Of a stretch of 64,000 nucleotides of DNA, positions 18,597 to 28,897 are shown in pieces. The notes under the pieces were generated by a model. It had not been told where the DNA came from. It saw nothing but the letters and a program-made list of their open reading frames with translations, and did not search any database. Each line of letters starts with the position of its first letter. The first letter of the stretch is position 1. The position numbers and the translations under genes are program-made. Source of the DNA: a bacterium (lineage in GTDB: Bacteria; SAR324; NAC60-12); assembly GCA_965209155.1 (NCBI GenBank), contig OZ242383.1, forward strand, positions 1,536,001 to 1,600,000, written 5' to 3'.

Positions 18597-19287
18597 ATTA
18601 AATTGTGTGAAATTGAGAAGGGCTTGAATCCATGGGACTCTCCCGGTAGGTTTGATGAAGTCAAATTTGAACCTACTATCAGGAGAAAGCCCCATGAAAT
18701 TAGAATTGACAGTAACGGAATTTAAAGAAATGTTCAATACTCTTCAAAGCCCGGATGGATTATTGGAGCAGTTGCGAGTGGATTTAAGCCATCAAGGCGG
18801 AATCAGTACCCGCAGCCTGGATTTATTCTCGAAGCGCTTGATTGGGAGAAGTATTTCTCATACTGAGATCTCGTTGGCCGATAGAGAACTGCAAGCAGCC
18901 GCGGAAACCTGGAGAGAACGCGATCTTTCTGAGGAGCGTTACAAATACCTTTTCATCGATGGGGTCCATTTCAAGATGCGCGTGAAAGACAGTATTGAAA
19001 ACATTCCAGTGCTCGCGGTCATTGGAGTGAACCAAGACGGGTACAAAACTGTTTTAGCGCTGCAACAGGGAGATAAGGAATCTGCCTCCAATTGGAGAGA
19101 GTTGTTCAAGGACTTGAAAGAGCGAGGATTGGATTCCGCTTCCGTCGAATTGGCAGTGATGGATGGCTTAGCAGGATTGGAAAAAGTGTTCAAAGAAGAG
19201 TTTTCCCAGGCCAAAGTGCAACGATGTCAAGTCCATGTGGCCAGAAACGTGCTGGCTTTTGTTTGCCTCCGTACTTACCTTTCATAA
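18587..19287 (+). pseudogene. Truncated, internally deleted IS256-family transposase with left IR
   Basis: YLFIDG, VMDG, QRCQVH motifs; IR-like GATAGTGTAAATTAAATTGTGT; no C-terminal half. Confidence 0.8.
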
Positions 19288-19472
19288 ACTCATTTACATT
19301 ATACCCAAACAAGTTATAGTTTAAAACGATTCTCCCAGATATATAGAATCGAGGTCTTCTCAAGCAATGAGTAGGAAGGAATATTACAATTTTGATTCAG
19401 ATTGAATCGGTTGAAACCGCTTTTGAATGGTTTGGACTGAACTATGAATTTGATGAAGGAATCATTTAAGAA

Positions 19473-19919
19473 TTAGATTGTCCAATTTTCATATTGGAAT
19501 TGTGGATATATTTCTTGAAGGCTTTGGTAAATGTCGTCATTCGCAACGAGAACGCTCGATTCAGTGAGAGCAGTGCTGGCAACAATCAAATCTATATTGT
19601 ATTTTCGCATTCCTTTTGTTGTTGTCCCTCTTGATTTTCTTATCAGTGCTTTTATTTCTCCATAGATCGAAGCAAATCTTCTTGTTATCGGTACGACCTC
19701 AAAGCGTTGTTCTACATCTCGAAGTTGCTTAGTCAATTGATCTTTTTTTATCTCAGGAGCATTGTAAATACTGTATTCCAGTTCAAATATGGTGATTAGA
19801 GAAACTTGGATCCTGTCCTCATCTTGCAGATTTGTGAATCTTTCACGAACGGAAGTATATATAGTGGACTTGGGATCGTACAAGTAGGAAAGAATATCTG
19901 AATCAAGAATATATTTCAT
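19473..19919 (-). CDS. PIN-domain (VapC-like) toxin
   Basis: YILDSDIL, ITIFEL, NIDLIVASTA, VAND. Confidence 0.88.
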   Translation of the reverse strand: MKYILDSDILSYLYDPKSTIYTSVRERFTNLQDEDRIQVSLITIFELEYSIYNAPEIKKDQLTKQLRDVEQRFEVVPITRRFASIYGEIKALIRKSRGTTTKGMRKYNIDLIVASTALTESSVLVANDDIYQSLQEIYPQFQYENWTI

Positions 19920-19928
19920 TGGTGAAAT

Positions 19929-20165
19929 TTATACTCCTTCATCCTTCCTGAATTCTTTGACCGTTTCCCGAAAAAATTCTGAAGTTTCATGAGAAATTCC
20001 TAAATTTGCCATTTCTTCTGCTGCCTTTTCCCATTTAGAAGTTTGTGATCCTTGTGCCTGAGTGTTTATAGGCTTGATACCTAAAGTTTTTTCAAGCTCT
20101 TCAATAGGCATGGAATCTATTTTCCTTGCTGTTTCAGGTCTCAGATCATTTCTTTTTACCTGCAT
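19929..20165 (-). CDS. Probable antitoxin partner of the PIN toxin
   Basis: Small ORF with RBS immediately upstream of the PIN gene; ends EFRK. Confidence 0.6.
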   Translation of the reverse strand: MQVKRNDLRPETARKIDSMPIEELEKTLGIKPINTQAQGSQTSKWEKAAEEMANLGISHETSEFFRETVKEFRKDEGV

Positions 20166-20255
20166 TCTGCCCCCTTCGATGGTGTTCTGTGACACAATGA
20201 AGAAATTATAAAAGTTTACTTTGTTATTGTACACATTTGATGTGTTGGAGGCAAA

Positions 20256-20548
20256 TGATCTTCCGTCAAAAAAGTGGACACGGAGTGAAGAGAAATTTAT
20301 GATCAATGGCAATCATAAAAGGAGGTGTCCAATGGGTCAAAATAGCACTTGTAAAAGATACAGTCGAGAATTTAAGCTTGAAGCGGTGAAGATGGTAACC
20401 AGTGGAGGATATTCGGGCCCTCAAATTGCGGGAGAATTAGGGATTTCTCAAAAGAGTCTATATGATTGGAAAAAGAAATTGGAGCAACAAGGGATTTTAG
20501 CTTTTCCTGGTCCAGGCCGCCTCGATCTGAAAGACGCGGAAATCCGCT
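20256..20548 (+). pseudogene. IS3-family left end and truncated OrfA
   Basis: TG-starting IR ending GTGGACAC; KRYSREFKLEAVKMV..IAGELGIS..LYDW. Confidence 0.8.
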
Positions 20549-20882
20549 GCATATTAGCGTTGATCTTGAAATAGAGGAAACACAGGGGAAAAACCAGGAA
20601 GAACTCGCCGAAGAAGTACGCCAAGCCTATTATATGAAGCAATATCTCAATGTCAGAATCAACAGATCCCATCCTATTCTCTTACCTCCGCATAGGTTTC
20701 TTAAGATACGATCAAATTTTAGCCGGGATCAATCTCTTTACTTTTGAAGGAGAGCAAGGAAAATTTTCTTCTCCCTTCCCATTCAGAAATATTACTAGAA
20801 TAATCTCCGAAAAAGCAGTATTACAGGAAGCAATTCTATTTCATAGAGGAATCACAATGTGACTGCTGAGGGAATCCCTAAC

Positions 20883-20986
20883 GTGAAGTGCTTGTTCTGC
20901 AAGCTGATGGTGGTCCGTTGGTGGGGATGTCACTGCTTTATGGAAATCGCGTGATGCTAGAAGTTGTAGACAATGGCGATGTGACT
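20883..20986 (+). pseudogene. Fragment of a clan AA aspartic-protease-like gene, interrupted by IS256 and continuing at 22387-22434
   Basis: EVLVLQADGGPLVGMSLLYG..V..GDVTI across the reconstructed empty site. Confidence 0.5.
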
Positions 20987-22377
20987 CGAGTTATAGTCAA
21001 ATTCTGGGGATGGCAATTCAGGCGGCGATCCTGTATTGAGGAATTCCATCGACAAATTGTACTCCCTCTATCACTTCGGCTAATCGTTTAAATCCGTGTA
21101 ATCGGATCCAATTTTTCTGAGCGGATTCCATTAATTTGAATGCCATCGTCAAGACGGTATTTCTTGAGAAACAACCTCTGACTTTGGCAGTTCTCAGTTT
21201 GACAGTAGCGAAGGTGGATTCAATGGGATTGCTCGTTCTCAAATGCCTCCAATGCTCTGCCGGGAAATCATAGAAGGCCATCAAGGTCTCCTGATCTTTA
21301 ATCAAGCAGTGAGTGGCTTTAGGATATTTCGCCTCATACATGTCAACAAAATGCTTTAAGGCTTTGAAAGCTTCCTCTTTGCTGCTGGCCATCCAAATTT
21401 GATGGAGACGATCCTTGGCTTTATGATGCTCCCTTTTTGGTAAATAGTTGAGAATGTTTCCCGTTTTGTGCATCCAACAACGCTGCTCTTTGCTCTGAGG
21501 ATAGACTTTTTTCAAAGCTTTCCAAAATCCCATCGCTCCGTCTCCCACAGCGATTTTAGGGGCCTCAGTCAATCCCCGGTGCTTCAGATCCATCAGCAGT
21601 TCCCTCCAGGATTGCTCACTTTCCCGGTAGCCATCTTCCAAGGCAACGAGCTCTTTATCTCCATTTTCTGTTGCCCCCACAATCACCAAGAGGCATTGTT
21701 TATCTTTATCCATTCTCACATTGCAATACACGCCATCGACCCAGAGATAAACATAATGACTCTGGGAGAGATCCCGTTGTTTCCAGGCTTTCCAATCCTC
21801 ATACCAGCTTGATTTAAGACGGCTCACTGTCGCTGAAGACAAGCCCGCCGCTCTTTTACCTAAAATCGCTGCGAGCGCCTCCTGAAAGCCACCAGTGGAA
21901 ATCCCTTTCAGATACAGCCAGGGAATCAGGGCTTCAATACTTTTACTTTTCCTCAGATAAGGGGGGATCAACTTGGAAGAAAATCGAATCCTTTCCTCTG
22001 ATGAGGTGCTTTGACGATCTTTACTCCGCGGAACTTTCACGGATATAGAACCAATTCCCGTCTGAATCTCCCGATCTTGATGATAACCATGACGAACCAC
22101 TCGCTGACGTCCATCCGAGAGTCGATAGGACTGATATTCCTTCATGAATATTTCCATCTCCAATTCCAACGCTTCAGAAAGTATCTTCCTGGCTTTCACT
22201 CTCAAAAGTTCACTCAAATGATCTTCAATAATTTGCTCTGGCTTCTCCAGATCAATCACGTTATAGTTGCTCATCGGCGTATCCTTTCTTTGATGTAATT
22301 CTATTTATTTTAAATTCCCATCAATAGGATACGCCACCTTCAAATTTAGTCCATCCCCAACTTTCGACTATATCTCC
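20987..22377 (-). mobile_element. Complete IS256-family insertion sequence
   Basis: Imperfect 27-bp IRs; 9-bp duplication GATGTGACT at 20978-20986 and 22378-22386. Confidence 0.93.
21018..22274 (-). CDS. IS256-family transposase
   Basis: YLWVDG, VGDGA, QRCWMHK, RTSNPIES. Confidence 0.95.
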   Translation of the reverse strand: MSNYNVIDLEKPEQIIEDHLSELLRVKARKILSEALELEMEIFMKEYQSYRLSDGRQRVVRHGYHQDREIQTGIGSISVKVPRSKDRQSTSSEERIRFSSKLIPPYLRKSKSIEALIPWLYLKGISTGGFQEALAAILGKRAAGLSSATVSRLKSSWYEDWKAWKQRDLSQSHYVYLWVDGVYCNVRMDKDKQCLLVIVGATENGDKELVALEDGYRESEQSWRELLMDLKHRGLTEAPKIAVGDGAMGFWKALKKVYPQSKEQRCWMHKTGNILNYLPKREHHKAKDRLHQIWMASSKEEAFKALKHFVDMYEAKYPKATHCLIKDQETLMAFYDFPAEHWRHLRTSNPIESTFATVKLRTAKVRGCFSRNTVLTMAFKLMESAQKNWIRLHGFKRLAEVIEGVQFVDGIPQYRIAA

Positions 22378-22572
22378 GATGTGACTATTGATTCATATGA
22401 AACCATTCGAAAACAACGAAATAGCGAAGCTTGACCCGGTTTCCTATTGAAGGACCGATCCACTTCAGCCAGTTTTCACTGCTGTTGTATGAAATTTTTG
22501 GCAAGACCTGGTTTGAAAACGGTTGTATCAGTGCGCATTATTTAAATGATGTTAAAATTTTATTATTAAATT

Positions 22573-23034
22573 TCAATAGTTTACAACCTCGCTTTGAAAG
22601 GACTGTTCTTGAAGTCCTATTACTAATTGCCTTCCTATCGTTGCTAAAGCTGCCTCAATTCTTGGGAGCTTTGAAGAATGTCGAGGATTCAGCAATCTTC
22701 GAATCTCCTTTTCATCACAATGCAAACGCTTAGCAAGCTCAACCTTGGAAATACCTCCCTCTTTCATCGTGAGATAGAGTGCTGCTTTTGCGGACATCTG
22801 GACCGGAAGTAAAATCGAATATTCTCCTTTTTTACGATTAGAAGGGGTTGGTATAGATAAATCCATTACAATCCGATTGGCAATTGCTTCTTCAAGACAG
22901 TCGACTGCTTCAGATAAGGCATCTTTGATATTTTCTCCTTGGGTAATTGCTTCGGGCAAGTCTCGAAATGTAACAACAAATCCCCCATCTTCTTTATCGG
23001 GTTTGAGTTTCATTGGATAAACAAAGTTCTGCAT
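22573..23034 (-). CDS. hicB: HicB family antitoxin with C-terminal HTH
   Basis: GGFVVTFRDLPEAITQGE. Confidence 0.9.
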   Translation of the reverse strand: MQNFVYPMKLKPDKEDGGFVVTFRDLPEAITQGENIKDALSEAVDCLEEAIANRIVMDLSIPTPSNRKKGEYSILLPVQMSAKAALYLTMKEGGISKVELAKRLHCDEKEIRRLLNPRHSSKLPRIEAALATIGRQLVIGLQEQSFQSEVVNY

Positions 23035-23043
23035 AACTACCTC

Positions 23044-23256
23044 TTATAAATCTTCCAATTTCAGATTAAGCTGATCGAGCATGGCATGTAAGGTTCCCTT
23101 TTTAAGTTCATCTTTTGGATTTCTTACAATTGTAAAAGCCGCCCCATAAAAGAGTGTACCATGACTCCCTTTGCCACGTTGCGTGACAAAACGAACTTCA
23201 ATCCCGCTTTTACGCCCCAACTTCTTAATTTTTCGAATAAATTCATTTCCTGTCAT
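23044..23256 (-). CDS. hicA: HicA family toxin
   Basis: RGKGSH, ELKKGTLHAML. Confidence 0.88.
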   Translation of the reverse strand: MTGNEFIRKIKKLGRKSGIEVRFVTQRGKGSHGTLFYGAAFTIVRNPKDELKKGTLHAMLDQLNLKLEDL

Positions 23257-23381
23257 ATAAGTAAAATCGGACAATAATGACCGGATGTCAAGTGGAATTA
23301 GACGCTATTGTGGAATGGATGGGGCAAGTCTTGGTTTTCACCCTTTTTACTAAACCTCTTCTTCAAGATTTGCCTCTTTTA

Positions 23382-23451
23382 TTAGCTGGGATCGGAATCT
23401 TTCTCTTGAAGGAGAGCAGGGAGCCGTTCGACTTCCGCAAGCGCTTTTTCT
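23382..23451 (-). pseudogene. 3' shard of a Uma2 paralog
   Basis: Near-identical to 1951-2020. Confidence 0.8.
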
Positions 23452-23458
23452 CCATATC

Positions 23459-23906
23459 TTGCATGGAGACTTCGGGAAGTCTTTATGGACAGGCATTCCT
23501 GTGACATATCATATAGGGCGTAGTTTTCCGGTATCCTTTCAACTTGCTCTCATGGCTATGATAGTAGCTCTCCTGGTAGCCTTCCCCATAGCTATGTACT
23601 CAGCGATACGTCAAGATACCTGGGGTGACTATACAGGACGCAGCCTGTCTATAGCCTTTTTGTGCATTCCCGCCTTCTGGCTGGGAACTATGGTGATGGT
23701 CTACCCCTCCATCTGGTTGGACTGGACGCCACCTTTGGAGTACGTTCCTTTTTTCGAGAATCCGATAGCAAACCTGCAAATCATGATAATCCCGGCTTTC
23801 ATCCTCGGCATGGTTGTGTCGGGAATATGCATGAGAATGACACGCACCACGATGCTGGAGGTGCTGAGAGAGGATTACATCAGGACTGCCTGGTCAAAGG
23901 GACTTA
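23459..23906 (+). pseudogene. Internal fragment of a sixth DppB-type permease, cut by IS5
   Basis: GDFGKSLW...EDYIRTAWSKGL; both termini missing. Confidence 0.88.
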
Positions 23907-24344
23907 AGAAACCGTTTGGTTAAATAAGACACATTGCTAAGGTCACTTTGATCATGGCAATACGAATCATATTTTCAGCAGTGTTTGTGAGGATTTCAGA
24001 ATCTTTGGATAGTCTTCTGAATCCGCCGAACCAAGCGAATGTGCGCTCGACAACTTGCCAAATCCCTCTTTGATTCCAGCGGCGATAATGATCATAAACG
24101 CTTTGCCAGGGAGGAAAATCATGGGGAAGCATTCTCCACTGACAACCCGATTTCACTACATATAAAACCGCATTGACGATGGTATGTTTGCTATGAATAC
24201 TCTTGGCCCCTCGGGGGTCAGAACGTCTAAAAAAATGTTCAATCTCAGACCATTCTTGATCGCATAAATTGCTTGGATACATCAATCTCCTTTTAAAAAA
24301 ATGGAAATTTAGTAAACATGCAATTTTTTATCCAAACAGTCTCT
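23907..24344 (-). mobile_element. Internally deleted IS5-family element
   Basis: IRs AGAAACCGTTTGGTTAA / AGAGACTGTTTGGATAA flanked by TA; ORF fuses the N-terminal GCQWRMLP region directly to VVERTFAW. Confidence 0.85.
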
Positions 24345-24351
24345 TAGTTAA

Positions 24352-24475
24352 AGCTAACGGCGAAATAACCGGGCCACTTTTCGCTTAAATTGAAAAATGA
24401 TTTTGGTATTTGCATCGTTCTTGAATCGATGCGAAGTGCGCTGTATTAAGGCTCCGGTTCATTGACCGGTTAGCT
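24352..24475 (-). other. Integron attC-like site
   Basis: Minus strand: R'' AGCTAAC-5 nt-L'' AATGAACC ... L' GGTTATT-5 nt-R' GTTAGCT, with extrahelical bases; 9 bp after a gene stop. Confidence 0.75.
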
Positions 24476-24484
24476 ATGCTGTGA

Positions 24485-24739
24485 TTAGGAGAGTTCGGCA
24501 TCTATTTCTTTTTCAACTTCCTCAAGTGAGAAAGTTGTTTTATATTTGCTACGTTCATCTAAAAATTTTTGGAAGCTCTCACTATTTCGGAGCGCTTCCA
24601 CTTCTGTTTCAAAATCATCTGCTTTGCTGATAATAAACTCTTCCCCATTACCTACGACCAACAATACAGGTTCATTCCGGGCAAAACTAAAGATCTGTGA
24701 TAATTTTAAATTTTCTTTGTTCAGATCGATTGCTTTCAT
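24485..24739 (-). CDS. Probable Phd/YefM-like antitoxin; only a tail of its toxin remains upstream (~24736-24790)
   Basis: 84 aa, EPVLL, acidic C-terminus; upstream shard KDHNILYIRGNEVKI*. Confidence 0.6.
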   Translation of the reverse strand: MKAIDLNKENLKLSQIFSFARNEPVLLVVGNGEEFIISKADDFETEVEALRNSESFQKFLDERSKYKTTFSLEEVEKEIDAELS

Positions 24740-24805
24740 ATCTTTACCTCGTTTCCACGAATATAGAGAATGTTATGGTCTTTGCTGCCGACGGAAATAA
24801 GAGAA

Positions 24806-25114
24806 TTAAGCATGAGAGTGAGGAGAAACTACATCAAACTTAACACCCAAAGCAAATAATAAACGACGTATTGTTTCAAAGTGCGGTTTCGCGCCAGGTT
24901 TTAGAGCTTTGTATAAACTTTCTCTTCCAAGGCCAGCGTTTTCAGCAACTGTTGAGATACCCCTCGCCTTTGCCACATCACGTACCGCGATTAGAAACAC
25001 ATCCGGATCAGGGTTTTCCAACGCAACTGAAAGGTACTCCGCGATTGTCTCCTCATTGTCAAGGTAATCACTTGCGTCAAATGGAGCAATACCAAGTCGA
25101 TTTTCTTTTTTCAT
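24806..25114 (-). CDS. Putative addiction module antidote protein (HTH)
   Basis: FDASDYLD, DVAKARG, AGLGRESLYKAL. Confidence 0.9.
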   Translation of the reverse strand: MKKENRLGIAPFDASDYLDNEETIAEYLSVALENPDPDVFLIAVRDVAKARGISTVAENAGLGRESLYKALKPGAKPHFETIRRLLFALGVKFDVVSPHSHA

Positions 25115-25418
25115 GATTCTTCCTCTTTTAACACCTTTGCCACATTATGAGCTTTGGCAATATCTCTTTGTTGATTACGCTTAATCCCACCACAGAGCAG
25201 AATATAAACTACTGGTCCAATTTGAGTAAAATATAGACGGTAGCCTGGACCAAAGTGAATTCGCATTTCTGATACACCTTGACCAACTGAATCACAATCA
25301 CCAAAGTTTCCATGCTCAGCGGTTCGAACTCTTGCGAGAATGCGAGCTTTTCCACGTGCATCCTTGAGTTTTTTTTGAGCCATGCATCAAAAACTTCTGT
25401 TCGGAGTATAGTATTCAT
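25111..25418 (-). pseudogene. RelE/ParE-type addiction module killer, frameshifted in an A8 tract
   Basis: MNTILRTEVFDAWLKK in one frame and LKDARGKARI..GVSEMRIHFGPGYRLY in another; T8 at 25369-25376. Confidence 0.88.
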
Positions 25419-25467
25419 ACTTTCAGAGTTTCCGACTAGATACAAATGATCAAGCCCTGTACTGCCA

Positions 25468-25589
25468 TCCCAACGCAGAGTTCTCCCGGTTTTCACCATA
25501 GCATAAGAATGAAAATTATACTTCTAAATTCATGTTGCTTGATGAGCGAACCGGCTGTGGTGAAAATCGGGAGCAACGACTTGTTCGGT
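25468..25589 (-). other. Integron attC-like site
   Basis: Minus strand: ACCGAAC-5-GTTGCTCC ... GGAGAAC-5-GTTGGGA; 122 bp; related to 33532-33653. Confidence 0.75.
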
Positions 25590-25891
25590 TATTTTGATTA
25601 TTTTACAGAAGGAGCGTATTTCTTGATACTTTGCAATTTGTCTCTGAGGCTGCATCGGCAAGACAAGTATCAATATCCTCCGCCTTCAAATTCGGAAAGA
25701 GGTTTCCCCGTTATCTCAGCGGAGCATCGAAACGCGTGCCGAGTGCGCATCACTCCTTGAAATGATTTGCTCTGCATCCCATGCTTTTCGCTCCTGGAAG
25801 GGCAGGATTGCCCTGTATTTTCAAAAACTGAAACAGAGAGCAGCGAGAATCAACTTCAGGATGAGACCAGCACGCGCCACTGAGGAGTGAA

Positions 25892-26468
25892 GAGGAGCAA
25901 AAAAATCGATTGACCTCCTCGAAATATTGTTATAGACAGAGGATATTGATGGGGATCATGAAATCTACCAGGATTTTGCCATCATTGTTCTTTTGTGATC
26001 GTTTTCAAGAAATCGTTTTTTGCTGAAGATTTTTAAGAATTTGGGCTGGTTTTTCGTTTTCTTTATTATAATTTTCAATGAAATTACCTTGGGCTGAAGG
26101 TTTTCTTTCAATTTTGCTCCTATTGATTGAGCAGAAAGACATGCAAACCTCATCTCCTCCCCAACGGTTTTTCAGAAACGGTCAACGGGAATGGAAAAGT
26201 GCCAGAAATGTTGACTTCTGGCTCTCACTATGAAAAAAACAGTTTCGTTGATCATCAGAAGACACTCGTGAATGAATGAGTCACCCTGTTTAAAAAAAGC
26301 TTGACCATCAGTTGCAGATCGACTATACAATATTTAATTCAAAGGACGGAAGGGCAATCAGGCGATCCATCGCTTTGCTGCTCGTCGAACCGTCAGGATG
26401 ACATGAAAGTCTGAAATTAACCCGTTTCAAGTATAAATATTTCTTGACATAAGGTTAATATGAGAGTA
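25892..26468 (+). repeat. Non-coding leader block, copy 2
   Basis: Colinear with 13523-14104. Confidence 0.9.
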
Positions 26469-26472
26469 TCAT
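26444..26472 (+). promoter_or_regulatory. Putative sigma70 promoter
   Basis: TTGACA-17 nt-TATCAT. Confidence 0.75.
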
Positions 26473-26561
26473 TCAATTACCCGGCACCCCAAGTTCTAAG
26501 TTCCCAGCTCCCTGTTACAGTTCCAAACTGCAAACTCCAATTTCTAAGTCTCAAACCCCAA

Positions 26562-26737
26562 ATTCACTGGGTTGTCCCCCCTTTCTCGACGGGACCGTAC
26601 GCGGAAGCAGCGCCCACTCCGAGGGGGAGAGATCCTTGAATTGCCCCTCCGTCCATTTCAGCAAATGGAAATGCCTCGAGCAATTTGAAAGATCAGGGTT
26701 CATGGCCCCATCGTGGAGCCAGTGAATCGGTTTTTTT
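26562..26737 (+). ncRNA. Candidate structured leader RNA (motif B), copy 2
   Basis: Closing stem ATTCACTGG/CCAGTGAAT and T7 tail. Confidence 0.6.
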
Positions 26738-26763
26738 GATCACTCCAAAATGAAGGAGACCCC

Positions 26764-28797
26764 ATGTGTAGAGAAAACGTCGAGAACGTGCTTTCGGGAA
26801 CGAAAGCAGGTTTTAAAGCAACCCGCAATCTTGTTTTTAATCAAAACGCAGAAAGTAGCACCATGAACTGTCAAAAAAGTAGAAGCATCGTCGAGAACGT
26901 GCTTTCGGGAACGAAAGCAGGTTTTAAAGCAATCCTTAATTTTGAACATACAATCGAAAGGAAAAAGATGGAAAATCAAAAAAGCAAATCAACCTTCAGT
27001 GCAATCCTGCTCACCCTCACCCTGATGGTGGCCTCATTTTGGGTCAGCCCGGCTGCAGCCCAGAAGTATGTGACGGACCCCAGTACTGGAAAGGTAGTGA
27101 CCGCACCAGAATACGGCGGCACATTGACCTATCCCCACAAACTTGTTGGGGAGACTACTGACCCGTTCCGATCGGGCGGCTCGGCTGCCCACCAAATCGG
27201 CTCGGTTAATCAGCATCTCGGCACCGGGGACTGGGGAATAAATAGGGAGGTCTATGACTATAGAGACACTTACCCCCCTGATTTTACAATAACAGGGCAG
27301 TTGGCGGAAAGCTGGGAAACTCCCGACCCTCTGACTTATATCTTCCACATCCGCCAGGGCGTTCATTACGCCCTTGATCAAAATAGTGAGGCCAGCCGCT
27401 TAGTAAACGGACGAGAACTCATAGCCGATGATGTCGTATATACCTATCAGCGTAATAACGTTCTGGGCGACTTCACCGAACAACCCGGCTTCTCTTATGG
27501 GGCGATCAAGCTGCCGTGGGAATCGATAGAGGCCACCGACAAATATACCGTTGTTATGAAGCTGAAGGATCCATCCCTCATTGCGCTAAGGCTTATGCTC
27601 GGCGAAGGTATGCAGTTTATATTACCCCCCGAGGTAATCGAGAAATACGGTAACTATGAGAATTGGAAGAACGTGGTCGGCACCGGGCCCCTCATGCTGA
27701 CTGACTATGTTGAAGGCGTCTCTATCACATGGGACAAGAATCCCGACTACTGGGGCTACGACCCAAAATACCCGCGGAACCGCTTGCCCTATATCGACAA
27801 GCTGAGAGCCCTGCTTATACCCGAAGAAGCATCACGTCTGGCGGCATTACGCACGGGTAAGGTCGACATAATATCTCAAGCCGGCGGCGGCAGTGACCTG
27901 AATTCCCTCGACGTGGTAAGGAGCCTCCAGCGGACCAACCCCGAAATCGAGATATGGCCATATTACCAGCGGGCGTTTACGGTTTATACTCTGAACATAC
28001 GCAATCCGCCCTTGGACGACATCAGGGTGCGCCACGCACTGCAGATGGCACTGGACCTCGAGACGATTAATGATACCTACCATGGCGGTTATGCAAGGTG
28101 GGAACCTATGGGGGGGCTTGCCGTCAAGCCGTATCTCTTCCCATTTGAAGAGTGGCCCGAAGAGCTCAAGCAATACTACCGGTATGACCCGCAAGGTGCT
28201 GAGAAGCTCCTGGATGAGGCTGGATATCCGCGCGGCGTGGACGGCGTTCGATTCAAGCTCAAACATGACCACCGCGACATCATGGATTTGGGCTATGCGG
28301 AAATAGCTGCCGGCTACTGGGCTGAGATTGGCATTGAGGTACAGATTAATGTAGTACCCGGGTTGACTTGGTGGGGCAACAGAGGAGGGTCTGATGGAGA
28401 TGAGGGAGACATTAATTATGAGATGAGCACAGGCGACAGTGGCTTTTATAGCTCTCCTACCGTGTGGGTAGGCTTTTATACCACGGCCTTAACATCACTA
28501 CGCGAATACCAGGGTGGAAACAACACGGGCGGAAAGGAGACTCCTGAGCTGACCGCCGCCTACGATGCCTTTATCGCCGCTACCACTGAAGAGGAGCAAC
28601 TGAGGGCATTCAGAGAGTATGATTTGATCCTGTTAAAGCAGCACAATCAGATATGGGGTCCCATGGCTCCAAGGTATCAGGTGAACCAGCCATGGGTCAA
28701 AGGTTTTAACGGTGAAATGATGCTGGAAGAGTCGGGCGTAAATGACGTCCTCGTCCACCTTTGGATTGATCAGGAACTGAAGGACAGGATGCAGTAA
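26764..28797 (+). CDS. ABC SBP family 5 (module 3); signal peptide starts at ATG 26968
   Basis: APEYGG, LAESWE, GTGP, NPDYW. Confidence 0.92.
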   Translation: MCRENVENVLSGTKAGFKATRNLVFNQNAESSTMNCQKSRSIVENVLSGTKAGFKAILNFEHTIERKKMENQKSKSTFSAILLTLTLMVASFWVSPAAAQKYVTDPSTGKVVTAPEYGGTLTYPHKLVGETTDPFRSGGSAAHQIGSVNQHLGTGDWGINREVYDYRDTYPPDFTITGQLAESWETPDPLTYIFHIRQGVHYALDQNSEASRLVNGRELIADDVVYTYQRNNVLGDFTEQPGFSYGAIKLPWESIEATDKYTVVMKLKDPSLIALRLMLGEGMQFILPPEVIEKYGNYENWKNVVGTGPLMLTDYVEGVSITWDKNPDYWGYDPKYPRNRLPYIDKLRALLIPEEASRLAALRTGKVDIISQAGGGSDLNSLDVVRSLQRTNPEIEIWPYYQRAFTVYTLNIRNPPLDDIRVRHALQMALDLETINDTYHGGYARWEPMGGLAVKPYLFPFEEWPEELKQYYRYDPQGAEKLLDEAGYPRGVDGVRFKLKHDHRDIMDLGYAEIAAGYWAEIGIEVQINVVPGLTWWGNRGGSDGDEGDINYEMSTGDSGFYSSPTVWVGFYTTALTSLREYQGGNNTGGKETPELTAAYDAFIAATTEEEQLRAFREYDLILLKQHNQIWGPMAPRYQVNQPWVKGFNGEMMLEESGVNDVLVHLWIDQELKDRMQ

Positions 28798-28897
28798 CAG
28801 GCTCCTGGAAGCACTTGTGGACCGGGCATTACTGCCCGCTCCACTCCAGGATACCCCACGTTTTCCCACCAATTTCAAAAATGATGAGGTCCGTCCC

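Noticed and set aside
25965..26153. 62-aa minus-strand ORF in the leader block
   Set aside because: The homologous frame in copy 1 has an early TAG, so it is not conserved
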